Source: an uncultured Sandaracinaceae bacterium
Lineage (GTDB): Bacteria > Myxococcota_A > Polyangia > Polyangiales > JAFGIB01
DNA: 58,677 bases
Direction: 5' to 3'
Assembly (NCBI GenBank): GCA_964450715.1
Contig: CAYVFC010000016.1
Location: forward strand, 1-58,677
Below are positions 1 to 10,607 of the stretch, in pieces. The stretch's first letter is position 1. Each line of letters begins with the position of its first letter. The notes beneath the pieces are model-generated. The model ran no database searches, was not told the origin of the DNA, and saw nothing but the letters and a program-made list of their open reading frames with translations. A program made the position numbers and the translations under genes.

Positions 1-303
1 CCGTCTTCCCCCTTATTGCTCTTTTCAGCCGTTGAGAAATCCGGAATTAGCCCAAAATTTGCCACGGGAACCAGCAAAACGACTGCAACGTGCCCAATCG
101 AGGGAATGGGATCAAAGAAGGTCTGCGCGCACATCCCGGTAATAGCCTCGAAGATGAGCGTTCCCAGGGGAAGCAGGATCCCGAACAGAAACAAGCAGGC
201 GCTGCCTAACTTCTGCCAACGAGATCGTGTTCCGTCCGGCAAGCGTTCTGCAGACCCGACAAACGGCGATTCGCCGACGTTGTTTCTTTGCTCTTCCGGA
301 GCG

Positions 304-984
304 CTATTTTTCGGTTGTTGTTCGTCCATTTTCGTAACGCCCTCTGGTTAGCCTTTTCAGATATCCCCGAGACGAGTCCGGGCCGGTCAGGTTGTACAGG
401 GCCTGATAAATGTTGGTGGAGCCGTTGTAGTCGGCCGTGCTACCGCGCATGAAAGGGGCGTCGAGCGTGGCCACTCCGCAAAACGGTCGGAGGTACCAGG
501 CCCACTGACCTCCGACAAACAGCGAAAGAAACATCCAGGAAAGAATGATGAGCGAACTTCTTCTTGCTGATAGCGCGTAACCTTTGAGTAACCTGAGTGT
601 CTGGCGTACGAGAGAGAAAGATCCGCATACGGGTATAAACAGTACATTCAGTGATAGAAACAAAGGGTACTCGCAGAGTCCTTGTAGGTTCGGTTTTTCG
701 TAGGTGTAGGCCAGGAAGAAAAAGACCGGGGAGAGCGATGCCAGCAGGGCGGAGGTATCGCGGAAGTTCTCGAGGACCAGGTGCTGTACTTCGAAAAAAC
801 CGAGCTTGACCGTGAGTGACCTGGCGGCGATGTAGTAAGCGACCCAACAGACTGCGGCGGTGACCAGCAGAAGTAGCGGGAACTTGACGGTATTGCGCGC
901 TGCGTACTTGAAGCTGTCCCCGATTCCTATGGAGAAACCATAGATCGACGAACAGAAAATCAGCGTCGCGATCGTTTTTCGCAT
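304..984 (-). CDS. hypothetical polytopic integral membrane protein
   Basis: 226-aa ORF with several hydrophobic segments. It overlaps the stop of the upstream membrane-protein ORF at 984 and lies in the same operon as uppS. No motif recognised. Confidence 0.4.
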   Translation of the reverse strand: MRKTIATLIFCSSIYGFSIGIGDSFKYAARNTVKFPLLLLVTAAVCWVAYYIAARSLTVKLGFFEVQHLVLENFRDTSALLASLSPVFFFLAYTYEKPNLQGLCEYPLFLSLNVLFIPVCGSFSLVRQTLRLLKGYALSARRSSLIILSWMFLSLFVGGQWAWYLRPFCGVATLDAPFMRGSTADYNGSTNIYQALYNLTGPDSSRGYLKRLTRGRYENGRTTTEK

Positions 985-1706
985 CAGAAAAGCCCGAGGA
1001 ACAGGCCCATTCGGTACGCGATAAAAGCGAGCAGCGCCTGCCAGAAAAAGATCAGAATGGTAAATGACCCGTACGTACTAAGCGGCGTCTCGGGCATTAG
1101 ACAACGGAATAGCTGCAGGATTCCTGCTAGCAGGGAAATGCTGAGCAAGAAGACCGAGATGGCCCGCACGGTGCCTACGGAGTTCTCGTCCGTCATAGTT
1201 GCGGACAAAAACCATAGGATGGGGAAAAAGCCGAAGCTGAAGATGGCCGCGACCGACGAAACCAGAATGGCCATAGCCAGACTCTGGGCCAGGCTGATCC
1301 TCACACCCAGATACGCGCTGAACACATGCAGGGAGGAGAAGCATATGGCGACAGATCCGAGGTATAGGGCTGAAATCTGCCAGTAGCGATCCCAGCCGAT
1401 CACTGCGCCGTATGGAACCGCATAGAATAGGCTGGTGGAGAACATCAACGACACCAGAAGGACCAGCTCGCGCTTTTCAGCGACGCTAGTAATCCAACGC
1501 GCCCTCTGGGCCAGAATCACGTCTATAGCTCGATGGGGGCGCAGAAAAGCCGATAGCAACTCTTGGGAGGAATACGGATGAAGTTGACCGGAAGTAGATA
1601 GCAGTTGCGTACGGCTTTCCGGTATCGTTGCAGGCCGGACGTCTGCTTGGCTATCTAGTTGGCTGTTTGAATGGTCTTTAGTCTGATCGCCTTGCTGTTC
1701 ATCCAT
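984..1706 (-). CDS. hypothetical polytopic integral membrane protein
   Basis: 240-aa ORF with a hydrophilic N-terminus followed by about 6 hydrophobic helices. It lies directly downstream of uppS on the same strand. Confidence 0.4.
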   Translation of the reverse strand: MDEQQGDQTKDHSNSQLDSQADVRPATIPESRTQLLSTSGQLHPYSSQELLSAFLRPHRAIDVILAQRARWITSVAEKRELVLLVSLMFSTSLFYAVPYGAVIGWDRYWQISALYLGSVAICFSSLHVFSAYLGVRISLAQSLAMAILVSSVAAIFSFGFFPILWFLSATMTDENSVGTVRAISVFLLSISLLAGILQLFRCLMPETPLSTYGSFTILIFFWQALLAFIAYRMGLFLGLF

Positions 1707-1724
1707 GTCCTATCCTCTTCCGCC

Positions 1725-2489
1725 CTATGCACTACGAACCTTGGTCAATCTCTTCGCGGCCAGTACGGTCGACGACACCGCACCGAAGCGGCGATCCCTT
1801 TTTCGGAATTCCCCGACGGCTTCGACCAGATCCGATTTACCGAAATCCGGCCAGAGTCTTTTGGAGAACAGAATCTCCGCGTACGCGCACTCCCAGAGCA
1901 TGAAGTCGCTCAACCTCTGCTCCGCTCCGGTCCTGATGAGCAGGTCCACGCCGGCCACGGGCTCCGAGTCATGGATGGCCTGCCCCAGGGCACCGGCGAA
2001 GCTCTCGCGGGATGGTTCCAACCCCGAACGCCAGAGCCGAGAGGAGGCAGCGACCAGGGCGTCCCTGGCCGAGTAATCCAGGGCAATCCGCAAGCGTATC
2101 CGGCTACAGTGTGAGGTCGCCCGCTCTACGTCCTCGATTGCGCGTACCAGGGACTCGGCGAGCCTATCTCGCCTTCCGATGACGCTCACCCGTACGCCGT
2201 TTCGGATGCATTCCTCGCGCTCCTGCCTGAGGTAGCGTCTACACAGCCCCATCAGAGTCGACACCTCCGCGGCCGGCCGGTTCCAGTTATCCGACGAGAA
2301 AGCGAATAGCGTCAGCGTACCGATGCCCAGTTCGGGCGCGACCTCCACCACCTCCCGTACCGCTCTTGCCCCTGCTCGATGTCCAGAAGACCGCACCCTC
2401 CCGCGCGCCTGGGCCCAGCGCCCGTTTCCGTCCATTATAATGGCGACGTGGAGATCACCTCGGCGAATGCGAGAAAGCGACATGCTCAT
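1725..2489 (-). CDS. uppS: undecaprenyl-diphosphate synthase (di-trans,poly-cis-decaprenylcistransferase)
   Basis: Hallmark N-terminal [13 protein letters not shown] motif, plus [26 protein letters not shown] and C-terminal RFG motifs of cis-prenyltransferases. The start was chosen at the internal Met 17 residues into the longer ORF. Confidence 0.85.
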   Translation of the reverse strand: MSMSLSRIRRGDLHVAIIMDGNGRWAQARGRVRSSGHRAGARAVREVVEVAPELGIGTLTLFAFSSDNWNRPAAEVSTLMGLCRRYLRQEREECIRNGVRVSVIGRRDRLAESLVRAIEDVERATSHCSRIRLRIALDYSARDALVAASSRLWRSGLEPSRESFAGALGQAIHDSEPVAGVDLLIRTGAEQRLSDFMLWECAYAEILFSKRLWPDFGKSDLVEAVGEFRKRDRRFGAVSSTVLAAKRLTKVRSA

Positions 2490-2658
2490 GCTCCGGGTGG
2501 CTAACAAGACCAGGTTGCCCCGGGTGGATGAAATCACGATGAAAGGAGTATTAAGATTCGATGAAAAAGGCTGAGGCCACTTGCATCACCCCTCTCGAGT
2601 ACATAGAGCGATCCTTACAGGGGCCGCACACCGCCACGTAAGCGTTGCCTCACTCAAT

Positions 2659-3627
2659 ATGAAGAAGAAAAGGCGTTTCCTCGTTGTCTCAACCGCTCTG
2701 CTGGTCGGTATCTTCGCCCTGCTAAACGCGATGGCCTACCGCCACGCGTATTCGATGCTGCACTTTCGCGGCGAAGGGGAGAAAACGGGCCGGCCGGAAT
2801 CGCTGTCCGTGGCGCAGAAGACCTACACCCTGTTCGCCGGGGTAGAAATCCCGAAACCCAGGGCCGACTGGACGCCAAACGATCTCGGCATGCCTTTCAC
2901 AGACCTATCGATTCCCGTCTTTTCTAGAATCACGCTTGCGGCCTGGTATTGCGAAAACGACGGCGCGACAAGCCTCGTCATCCTCTTTCAAGGCTACTCC
3001 GACGAGAAATCGTCGGTTCTCCGTGAAGCGTCACTGCTTCACTCAAAGGGATACGCGACGCTTTTGGTCGATTTTCGGGGATCGGGCGACTCCTCGGAAT
3101 CGTATACCAGCATCGGCTATTTCGAGGCCGAGGACGTCAAGGCCGCCATGGCATACGCGAGAAGCCACTTCCCGCGCCACAGGATCGTACTATACGGCCG
3201 CTCGATGGGAGCCGTGGCCGTCCTCCGCGCGTTGCGTGAATACCGCCTCAAACCCGACGCGGTTGTCCTGGAAGCCGTTTTCGCCAGCATGCTGCGGACG
3301 GTCGAGAATCGCTTCGAGATCATGGGCGTCCCCTCCTTTCCTAGCGCCATGCTGCTGGTCTACTGGGGTGGCTAGCAACTCGGTTTCAACGGGTTCGAAC
3401 ACAACCCCATAGAGTACGCGCGCGGCATCGACACCCCGGTTCTCTTCCTCCACGGCGATAAAGACACCCGCGCTAGGCTCGAGGACGCTCGACGCGCATA
3501 TGGTGTTGTCGCAGGCCCGAAGAAGCTGACGGTGTTCAAGGGATCCGGTCACGTGCCGCAAGCAAAACGCTGGCCGACGAAGTGGATCGAGGCCGTGGAC
3601 AGCTTCCTCCGAATTCAGCTACGGTGA
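2659..3627 (+). pseudogene. secreted/membrane-anchored alpha/beta hydrolase interrupted by an in-frame TAG at 3373-3375
   Basis: The ORF starting at ATG 2659 has an N-terminal hydrophobic anchor and a GRSMG nucleophile elbow. It stops at TAG 3373. The same frame continues without a frameshift through HGDKD (catalytic Asp) and GSGH (catalytic His) to TGA 3625-3627, so the catalytic triad is split across the amber codon. Confidence 0.6.
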
Positions 3628-3670
3628 TTGGATGTAAACGTATCGCAGTTGGCGCGGCAGGTAGTGCGAA

Positions 3671-4264
3671 ATGAAATACCTACTACCGGGGATGGGCGCG
3701 GACTCTTCGATGTACGGCGGCCCGTGGAAGGAACTCGAGGACACGACCTTCGTCGATTGGCCGCAATACCGGGGCGAGACAACTCTGAACGAGGTCGCGA
3801 ACAGCGTTCTGGAGACCTTGGACATCGATGAAGGCGACGTGATCGGCGGCTCATCGATGGGCGGCATGGTCGCGCTCGAGATGGCGGTGATTACCGGCGT
3901 CTCAAGAGTTGTTTTACTCGGAAGCGCAATATCGCGATCCGAAATAAATCCGTTCATAAAGATGATGGCGCCTCTGGCAAAGGTCACGCCTCTGGGACTC
4001 GCTCAAGTCCTTGCCGGGAAGCACTTAGGGTTGGCGGGCGAGATGTTTCAGAAAGCCGAACCCGGGTTCATAAGGGCGATGTGCAAGGCGGTCTCGAGGT
4101 GGCCGGGCGTGAACTCGCAGGGCAAAGACCTCCTTCGGATCCACGGAACGAATGACAGAGTGATACCATGCCCGAAAGATGCCCATCGCATCGCGGGTGC
4201 CGGGCATCTGGTAGCGATGACACATCCGGCCGAATGTATGGAAATCATCGATAAGACACTGTAA
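3671..4264 (+). CDS. small alpha/beta-fold hydrolase (esterase-like)
   Basis: 197 aa with a GGSSMGG nucleophile elbow, a later Asp and a GAGH motif. No signal peptide. Confidence 0.6.
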   Translation: MKYLLPGMGADSSMYGGPWKELEDTTFVDWPQYRGETTLNEVANSVLETLDIDEGDVIGGSSMGGMVALEMAVITGVSRVVLLGSAISRSEINPFIKMMAPLAKVTPLGLAQVLAGKHLGLAGEMFQKAEPGFIRAMCKAVSRWPGVNSQGKDLLRIHGTNDRVIPCPKDAHRIAGAGHLVAMTHPAECMEIIDKTL

Positions 4265-4282
4265 AGGCGAAGAAGTCCGGCC

Positions 4283-5611
4283 CTAGCGCTGTAAAACGGT
4301 TCTCTTCATTTCTGCTCGGCGCTGCGCTGCAGAAATAGTGTTGGCCAGAAACATGTGACCGCGCTGCCTGGCAAGGCTTGCCGCGGTATCGCCGTTGTAG
4401 TCTTTTAACCCGGTGTCAGCCCCGCGGGCGATGAACGCTTCGACGATTTCGGAATGGCCCTCGCGCGCGGCGAGCATAAGCGCACTCCAGCCGCCTTTCG
4501 CGGTTTGACGGTTCAGTTCTTTGGTAATCGGAAGTAAGAGATCCACAATCGAAGTGAAGCCGAGCTCAGCGGCTTTCATCAGCGGACTTCTTCCCTGGCT
4601 ATCCGTAGCGTCGACGTCGGCGTCGTATTTGAGCAGGATCTCGACCGTGCCCAGACCGCGAGTAGTGACCGCGTGCATCAATGCCGTTTCTCCACACCGC
4701 GAACGCGAATTGACCGGGACCCCCGCTTCTAGAAGCATCTCAACGATATGATCCGAGTTGCGGACGGAAGCCGCAAGCAGAGCCGGTTCACCGTATTGTT
4801 CCACGATCTCTTCAACGTTCCGGCTCCGTAAGATCTTTTTTACGAGCGCGTAATGCTCCAAATCGGCGGCCGCGAAAAGCGCCTGCCCGAGTTGCTCGGC
4901 GGCCTCGGGATGCTTGATCACGACGGCGTACAGCGCGTCAATGATCGGAGTGTTTCCCCGTTCAACCGCGATGGCCAGAAGTCCGGAGCAATTGGGTTTG
5001 CCCAACGTCGGATCGGCTCCCAGGCTCAGCAATAGGTTTACCGCTTCGAGTTTGCTCTGAAGTACGGCCGCTATCAGGGCTGTCCCTCCTCTTTCGCTCC
5101 GGTGATCCAGCTCGGCACCTTTACTCGCGAGCAGTTCGATCGCGGAGGTGCTGCCGGCGAAGGCGGCGCAGATCAGGGGCGAGTATCCGCCTTTGCTAGC
5201 GAGCTCTACGGATGCGCCTTCACGAACCAAGAGCTCTGCAATTCGCGAGTCATTGTGTTCCGCCGCCCTGCATAGAACCGTGTATCCGTCGGGAGCCAAC
5301 GTATTGGCGTCCGCACCCTTCGCAAGCAGGGCTTCTACCTCTTCGACCATCTCGTAACTGACGGCAGTGACCAACGCCAACGATTCCACGGAAATATTCG
5401 GCGCCGGATCCGGACCGGAAGCCGCGGGCGCCGATTCGTCCCGGTTCGGCCTCCGTGCCGCGACCTGGGCAGCCACTACAAAAGGGATACACGCCAGTAC
5501 GAAACAAAACGCCGCCGCAACAGCGACCGCCGACTGAATCGAAACGGCAAGCCGTATCGGCCTTCTGGATATTTGACCGTCTTCCCGACGCACACCCCTG
5601 AAGACATGCAA
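4283..5611 (-). CDS. ankyrin-repeat protein with N-terminal transmembrane anchor
   Basis: At least 9 tandem 33-residue ankyrin repeats (for example G-TALxxAxxxGHxxxVxxLLxxGA). Hydrophobic helix near the N-terminus. Confidence 0.8.
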   Translation of the reverse strand: MHVFRGVRREDGQISRRPIRLAVSIQSAVAVAAAFCFVLACIPFVVAAQVAARRPNRDESAPAASGPDPAPNISVESLALVTAVSYEMVEEVEALLAKGADANTLAPDGYTVLCRAAEHNDSRIAELLVREGASVELASKGGYSPLICAAFAGSTSAIELLASKGAELDHRSERGGTALIAAVLQSKLEAVNLLLSLGADPTLGKPNCSGLLAIAVERGNTPIIDALYAVVIKHPEAAEQLGQALFAAADLEHYALVKKILRSRNVEEIVEQYGEPALLAASVRNSDHIVEMLLEAGVPVNSRSRCGETALMHAVTTRGLGTVEILLKYDADVDATDSQGRSPLMKAAELGFTSIVDLLLPITKELNRQTAKGGWSALMLAAREGHSEIVEAFIARGADTGLKDYNGDTAASLARQRGHMFLANTISAAQRRAEMKRTVLQR

Positions 5612-5898
5612 CTACCGGACCAGCCGCCCTAGATATATATTCCCTAGTAATTGCGGTCCTAAATGGATATACGCCGAACACAACGCTTTCTAGGTGTGGA
5701 GATCCGGCAACAGTTCCGTGGTAACTCTAGCAACACCATCGATACGGAATTTTCTGGAAAAAGCGTTCCTCCGGACGGATATAGCTACAGCGCGGTCCGT
5801 CGCCCATCAGGTTGGCATTGATTCGGCCCAACGGAGGACAACGCCCGTGGCTCACTTCGCTCGCAATCGCAAACTCTATTTCTAGTTACGGACGAGAA

Positions 5899-6495
5899 AT
5901 GGCAAAGAAAGTATATCAGCTCAAGATATCGCTGAACGAAATTGTTCCGGCTGTCTGGAGAAGAATCGTCGTACCGGAAGCCTATAGCTTCTGGGATCTA
6001 CACGTTGCGATCCAGGACTCGATGGGATGGCTCGATTACCATCTACACGCCTTTAAAATCCGACGTAAACATTCGAGAAAGGTGATCGAAATCGGGATAC
6101 CGGACGAAGACGGGTTTGATGAACGCGAGGTTCTTCCGAGTTGGGAAGTAACGATGAAGGATTACTTCCGTGAAGTCGGTACCGTCGTGGAATACGAATA
6201 CGATTTCGGAGACGGCTGGGAGCACGAGATACTATTCGAAGGACTACTGCTGGCTGAAAAGGAAAAGAGGTATCCCAAGTGTATGGACGGCGAGCGGGCG
6301 TGCCCGCCCGAGGATTGCGGCGGAGTTCCCGGTTACTATGAACTTCTAGAGGTGCTTTTCGATCCGGAACACGAGGAGTACGAAAACCGCGTCATGTGGC
6401 TCGGAAAGAAATACGATCCCGACCGTTTCGAGCCCAAGAAGGTAAAATTCGATAACCCCAGGAAACGTTGGATAGAAGCGTTTCGAGAAGACTGA
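5899..6495 (+). CDS. plasmid pRiA4b ORF-3-like family protein
   Basis: KVYQLKISL start, WRRIVVP and the YEYDFGDGWEHEI signature characteristic of this family. The gene has lower GC than its surroundings. Start set at ATG 5899. Confidence 0.7.
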   Translation: MAKKVYQLKISLNEIVPAVWRRIVVPEAYSFWDLHVAIQDSMGWLDYHLHAFKIRRKHSRKVIEIGIPDEDGFDEREVLPSWEVTMKDYFREVGTVVEYEYDFGDGWEHEILFEGLLLAEKEKRYPKCMDGERACPPEDCGGVPGYYELLEVLFDPEHEEYENRVMWLGKKYDPDRFEPKKVKFDNPRKRWIEAFRED

Positions 6496-6531
6496 TATCC
6501 ACGGTCCGAGGGAGTCCCGGTCGAGGCTGCT

Positions 6532-7662
6532 TCAATCCGACGGAATCGTCATGACAAACGTCGAGCCGTCGGTGCCGGTGGATCGCAACTCGGCGCGACC
6601 GCCGTGCGATTCGGCGACAGCTTGGACGATGGCCAGGCCTAGGCCGGTACCGCCGTCCGCGTGACGGGTGGTAACGAAGCGCTCGAAAAGGCGGTCCTTG
6701 ACGGCCGGATCGATACCCGAGCCTCTGTCGGTCACTGTGAGTTCGACGGCTCCGGAGCGGGCTTGAGCTGATACCGTTACCTCGGAATTCTCGGGGGAAT
6801 GGTTGATGGCGTTGGCGATGAGGTTCTCGGTCGCTCGCTGCAGCCACTCCTTGTCGCCTCGGACCCAGAGGCCTTTTTCGGCTGAGACGTTCACGGAAAT
6901 GGAGCGCCTGGTGGCCTGTGCGGCGAGTGCGACAACGGCGGCGTGGACGACTTCGGCGAGGTCGACCCGGGCTGGAGGCCCGGAAAGTCCCTGGGCCTCG
7001 AGACGTGCGAGAGAGAGGAGATCCGCGGTGAGCTTTTCGAGCTTGTCAGCCGCCTCGGAGATACGGCGGCCGAACTTACGGGCGGCGTCGGGGTCTTCGC
7101 GGATAGCGTCCTCCAGGACCTCGGCCGCGGCCCTGATGGATGCTACCGGATTCTTGATCTCGTGAGAAAGATCCATGACGAAGCGTTCCATGGCGTGGCG
7201 CTGCTCAAGCTCCCGCCGCATGGACTCGAAAGCGGTAGTGAGCGCCCTTACCTCGCGACCGCGCGGGACGGGCAGTACGGCCTGCCGTTCACCGGCCGCG
7301 ATCCGTTCCGCCGCGCGGGTCAACCGCTCGATGGGCTTGGCCACCGCGCGCCCGATGAAGACTGCGGCAATAGCAGCCGCGCCTGCCAGGATGAAAGCCA
7401 GTAATCCGACCTCGGGTGCTATGTCCGCCAGAAGCTCGGTCACGTTCATAGCCCCCGACAGCGCGCGCGGCGCGTTTTCCAGCACGATCAGCGCGAAGAC
7501 CGCGGAGAGGAGCAGCGTCGTGACCGCCATGGCCAAAAACACCTGCATACGAATAGACACACCGCGCCGCCGCGCGCGTATCAGGCGCGCGGCGGTGGCC
7601 GCCGCGCCGACGAGATAGAGTGCGACGAGCAGTAGCAGAGCCCCCTGCCCCGCGATATTCAT
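6532..7662 (-). CDS. sensor histidine kinase (two TM helices, HAMP, HisKA, HATPase_c)
   Basis: Two hydrophobic helices, an H-box HEIKNP, and N, G1 and G2 boxes (NLIANAINHS, DRGSGI, GGTGLGLAI). Its ATG overlaps the upstream response-regulator stop in an ATGA arrangement. Confidence 0.85.
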   Translation of the reverse strand: MNIAGQGALLLLVALYLVGAAATAARLIRARRRGVSIRMQVFLAMAVTTLLLSAVFALIVLENAPRALSGAMNVTELLADIAPEVGLLAFILAGAAAIAAVFIGRAVAKPIERLTRAAERIAAGERQAVLPVPRGREVRALTTAFESMRRELEQRHAMERFVMDLSHEIKNPVASIRAAAEVLEDAIREDPDAARKFGRRISEAADKLEKLTADLLSLARLEAQGLSGPPARVDLAEVVHAAVVALAAQATRRSISVNVSAEKGLWVRGDKEWLQRATENLIANAINHSPENSEVTVSAQARSGAVELTVTDRGSGIDPAVKDRLFERFVTTRHADGGTGLGLAIVQAVAESHGGRAELRSTGTDGSTFVMTIPSD

Positions 7663-8408
7663 GCTTCCTCGTCGCGCAGCCTGTACCCCACCCCGCGCAC
7701 CGTCTCCAGCACCTCCGGATCTCCGCCGGCCTGCTCGATCTTGGTACGCAGGGCCTTCAGGTGCACATCCACGGTTCGTTCGCCGACCGAACAGTCGGGG
7801 CCCCAGACCTTCTGCAGAAGATGGCCCCTCTCGAACACCCGACCCGGCGACCGTAAGAACACCATCAGAAGCTCGAACTCTGTCCTGGAGAGCTGTAGCT
7901 CGCTCTCGCTGCGCCATGCCCGCCGCGCAGACGGGTCGAGTCGCAACTCGCCGGGCCCTACAAGCGCGTCGCCCTGATCCTCGCCGAACTGCGCTGAATT
8001 ACGAGCAGAGTCTGCAGGCCTGCCGTTAGCGCTGACGCTGGTTGCGCCGTTGGTACCTAACCGCCGCAGAACCGCGCGCACCCTGGCTACGATTTCCCGT
8101 GGCGAGAACGGCTTGACCACATAGTCGTCTGCGCCCACCTCGAGTCCCACCACCCGATCAGTCACCTCCTCACGGCTCGTCAACACGATGACCGGCACCT
8201 GGGACTTGGCCCGGATCGCGGAAAGAAAATCGATTCCGTTGCCATCGGGGAGCATCAGGTCGAGAACGATGAGATCGGCCGTCTCCCAGCTCTCCCACGC
8301 CTCCCCCAGCGTACCCGCCTCCACGCACTTGAAGCCGTCTCTACCAAGTGCGTACCCCAGGCTCTCTCGGATCGCCGGCTCATCATCCACGAGCAGAATG
8401 GTTGGCAT
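7659..8408 (-). CDS. OmpR-family response regulator
   Basis: REC domain (LLVDDEP, with the phospho-acceptor Asp in VLDLMLPDG) plus a C-terminal winged-helix domain (VGYRL). Translationally coupled to the downstream kinase. Confidence 0.9.
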   Translation of the reverse strand: MPTILLVDDEPAIRESLGYALGRDGFKCVEAGTLGEAWESWETADLIVLDLMLPDGNGIDFLSAIRAKSQVPVIVLTSREEVTDRVVGLEVGADDYVVKPFSPREIVARVRAVLRRLGTNGATSVSANGRPADSARNSAQFGEDQGDALVGPGELRLDPSARRAWRSESELQLSRTEFELLMVFLRSPGRVFERGHLLQKVWGPDCSVGERTVDVHLKALRTKIEQAGGDPEVLETVRGVGYRLRDEEA

Positions 8409-8670
8409 GGTTCTGGCCCCGGCTCCTCAATCCCAATGTTAATCGTTTACCCTCAAATACGCTATTCCCTTACTTTTTACGGATGGTTACGAAACAGGTG
8501 CATCACCGATAATGCTTCGGGGACAGGAATGACCTCGTTCTCGTCGTTCCGACTCGCTAGCGGTCGTTCGACAACCGAGAAGGCTTCCGCACGGGCGCCG
8601 CGAACGTTGTGGACGTCGTGGAGGACGCCGGGCGCCGCACGGTTTAGGGGTGATGGATTAGAGTTCATGG

Positions 8671-9783
8671 TCATGCCTTTGCCTTGCCGTCGCCCAGAAG
8701 CTGCGCGGACAGGAGCTTGTCGAGGCCGTCGGAACCGACAACCATGCGTACCTCCTGGATACGCGATGCGATGTCCTTGATGGACTCGAGCTCCTTGAGC
8801 CGCAGCAGGACCGGGTTTTCGGCCATGACGCGGGCGGTGTTGGCCAGGGAACGAGTCGCAGCGGTCTCCTCGCGACGGAGGATGACGTTAGCTGCAGCCT
8901 CCTTCTCGGCCTCGATGACGCGGTTGAGCAGGGTCTTCATTTCGCCCGGCAGGACCACGTCCTTGACGCCGATGCGCTCGATACGCACGCCGAAGCGCGC
9001 AGCGCGGGCGATGGTCTGCTCCTCGAGGAAACGCGTCATGGCGTCGCGACCCTCGAGCAGCTCGTCGAGCGTGACGCCGGCCACGTACTGGCGGGCTGCC
9101 AGCTGCACGAGCAGGTAGACGGCGTCGCGCGGATCCTGCACCGCGTGGGCCATCAGGGCCGGGGCCTCGACCGCGTACTCCGCGGTCAGCGTCAGTCGCA
9201 TGGTGACCTTGTCACGGGTCATCAGCTCCTGACCGGTCAGCGCTACCTGCTGCCGGCGCATGTCGACAGCCTGGACCGTGACCTCGGCCTCGGGATGGGT
9301 CCACAGGGCGTAACGACCCGGCTCGAGCACGCCCGCGATACGTCCCTGCACGTAGTGCAAGCCGCGCTCGTACTCGCGCACCACGGTGTAGACGTACTCG
9401 TTGGGCGGAATGACACCCACGAGCTCGTCCGTCAGCTTGGGCATGGGCCGGTCGATCGCCATCAGCTTCAGCTGTACGGACGGGTCTACCTTCCAGTAGC
9501 GATGCACGCCCGGCCGCAGGAACACGCGCGGCTTTCCATCGCGGAACAGGATTCCGCGCTGGTTGTCCGCGATGGTGACCTCGGCGAACCACTGCTCCGG
9601 CAGCACGGCCCGGACCTCGGGCAGCGCTCCGAACACCAGTGCATCGGTCTGCCAGCGCTGTTCGGTGAGTCGCATGCCCCACACGGTGTGCCGGCCCGGG
9701 CCCAGGGCCCGGAACGGGAGGCCGTCGCGGAACACGACAACGCGCTCGTTCAGCTTCACACGGATTCTCTTGTAGATGAACAT
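8671..9783 (-). CDS. SPFH/band-7 (slipin/HflC-like) domain protein
   Basis: Start chosen at MFIYKRIRV (ATG 9783), preceded by GGGAGG 6 nt upstream. The long N-terminal extension in the ORF track is Arg-rich GC-frame noise. A conserved SPFH core follows. Confidence 0.75.
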   Translation of the reverse strand: MFIYKRIRVKLNERVVVFRDGLPFRALGPGRHTVWGMRLTEQRWQTDALVFGALPEVRAVLPEQWFAEVTIADNQRGILFRDGKPRVFLRPGVHRYWKVDPSVQLKLMAIDRPMPKLTDELVGVIPPNEYVYTVVREYERGLHYVQGRIAGVLEPGRYALWTHPEAEVTVQAVDMRRQQVALTGQELMTRDKVTMRLTLTAEYAVEAPALMAHAVQDPRDAVYLLVQLAARQYVAGVTLDELLEGRDAMTRFLEEQTIARAARFGVRIERIGVKDVVLPGEMKTLLNRVIEAEKEAAANVILRREETAATRSLANTARVMAENPVLLRLKELESIKDIASRIQEVRMVVGSDGLDKLLSAQLLGDGKAKA

Positions 9784-10429
9784 GGGAAGCCTCCCATACG
9801 CCGGTACCGCCGGCTTGCGGGCAGCGCCGCCACTGGCAGCGCTGCGGGTTATCCAGAGGGCCCGTTGAGAACGGGCCCGGAAAAGGCGGCCTCGAGAGGC
9901 CGGGCTTCGGCCCTGCCGGGCTTCGATTGCTACGGCTCTGCCCGCGGGGCAAAGCGTTCGCAACGGAGCGCAACAGAACCAGGACCCAGAAACGCGCAGA
10001 CGATTGCGGGTCCGCGTGCAGGGCGCGGCAGCGGTCGCCGCTGCGATGGCCACCGACCGTGGACACGGACGCGAACCGCCCGGGCGTTTACGGGTTTCGC
10101 GGAGCGACAGGCGAACACAAGCGCTCACCCGCGCGCCGGCGAAGTTGAAGCCACGACCCCCTTTGGCCTGGTACAAGGACGGTTAACAGCCGTCTGCAGG
10201 CTTGATAGGCCCGTTACCTGTGCTCTACCCACTGAGCCACATGGATCCCAAGTCCATGGGGAGAGTCGAACTCCCGACACCAGGTGGTTGCTCAACGCTG
10301 CAAAGGTACACGTGCGCAAAACAGGCAGCACGCGCACACGGCAACGTAGAACCGGCAACCGGACGCACGCGCGGTGACTCCAGCGAGACCGCACGGCGCG
10401 GCACCGCGCCGACGCCAGCCATTGAACAG

Positions 10430-10501
10430 TGCTTCCGGGGAGAATCGAACTCCCGTTTCCGGATTGAAAGTCCGGCGTCCTCACCATTGGACGACGGAAG
10501 C
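10430..10501 (-). tRNA. tRNA-Glu (anticodon TTC)
   Basis: Cloverleaf on the minus strand: acceptor GCTTCCG/CGGAAGC, anticodon stem CCGGA/TCCGG with loop CTTTCAA, T-arm GGGAGTTCGATTCTCCC. Confidence 0.7.
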
Positions 10502-10607
10502 GAATCGAACGCTTTGTGAACCGGCCGTTTTTATGGGCTTTTTTGTAATAGTACGAGACCAACAGCTCGCCCTTGACGACCGATCTCTAGGAGATCACCA
10601 TCGAGCT

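Noticed and set aside
5250-5885. Small ORFs upstream of the ankyrin gene
   Set aside because: No RBS, no motifs, and overlapping frames. The region is probably the promoter and leader of the ankyrin and pRiA4b-like genes.
9145-10377. 410-aa plus-strand ORF
   Set aside because: It is antisense to the SPFH gene, with Arg/Gly-rich composition and no motifs. It also overlaps tRNA sequence.
10374-10607. N-terminal extension of the Gp37/Gp68 ORF
   Set aside because: It overlaps tRNA-Glu(TTC) and the tRNA fragments. An internal ATG at 10608 has an RBS and begins the conserved family signature.
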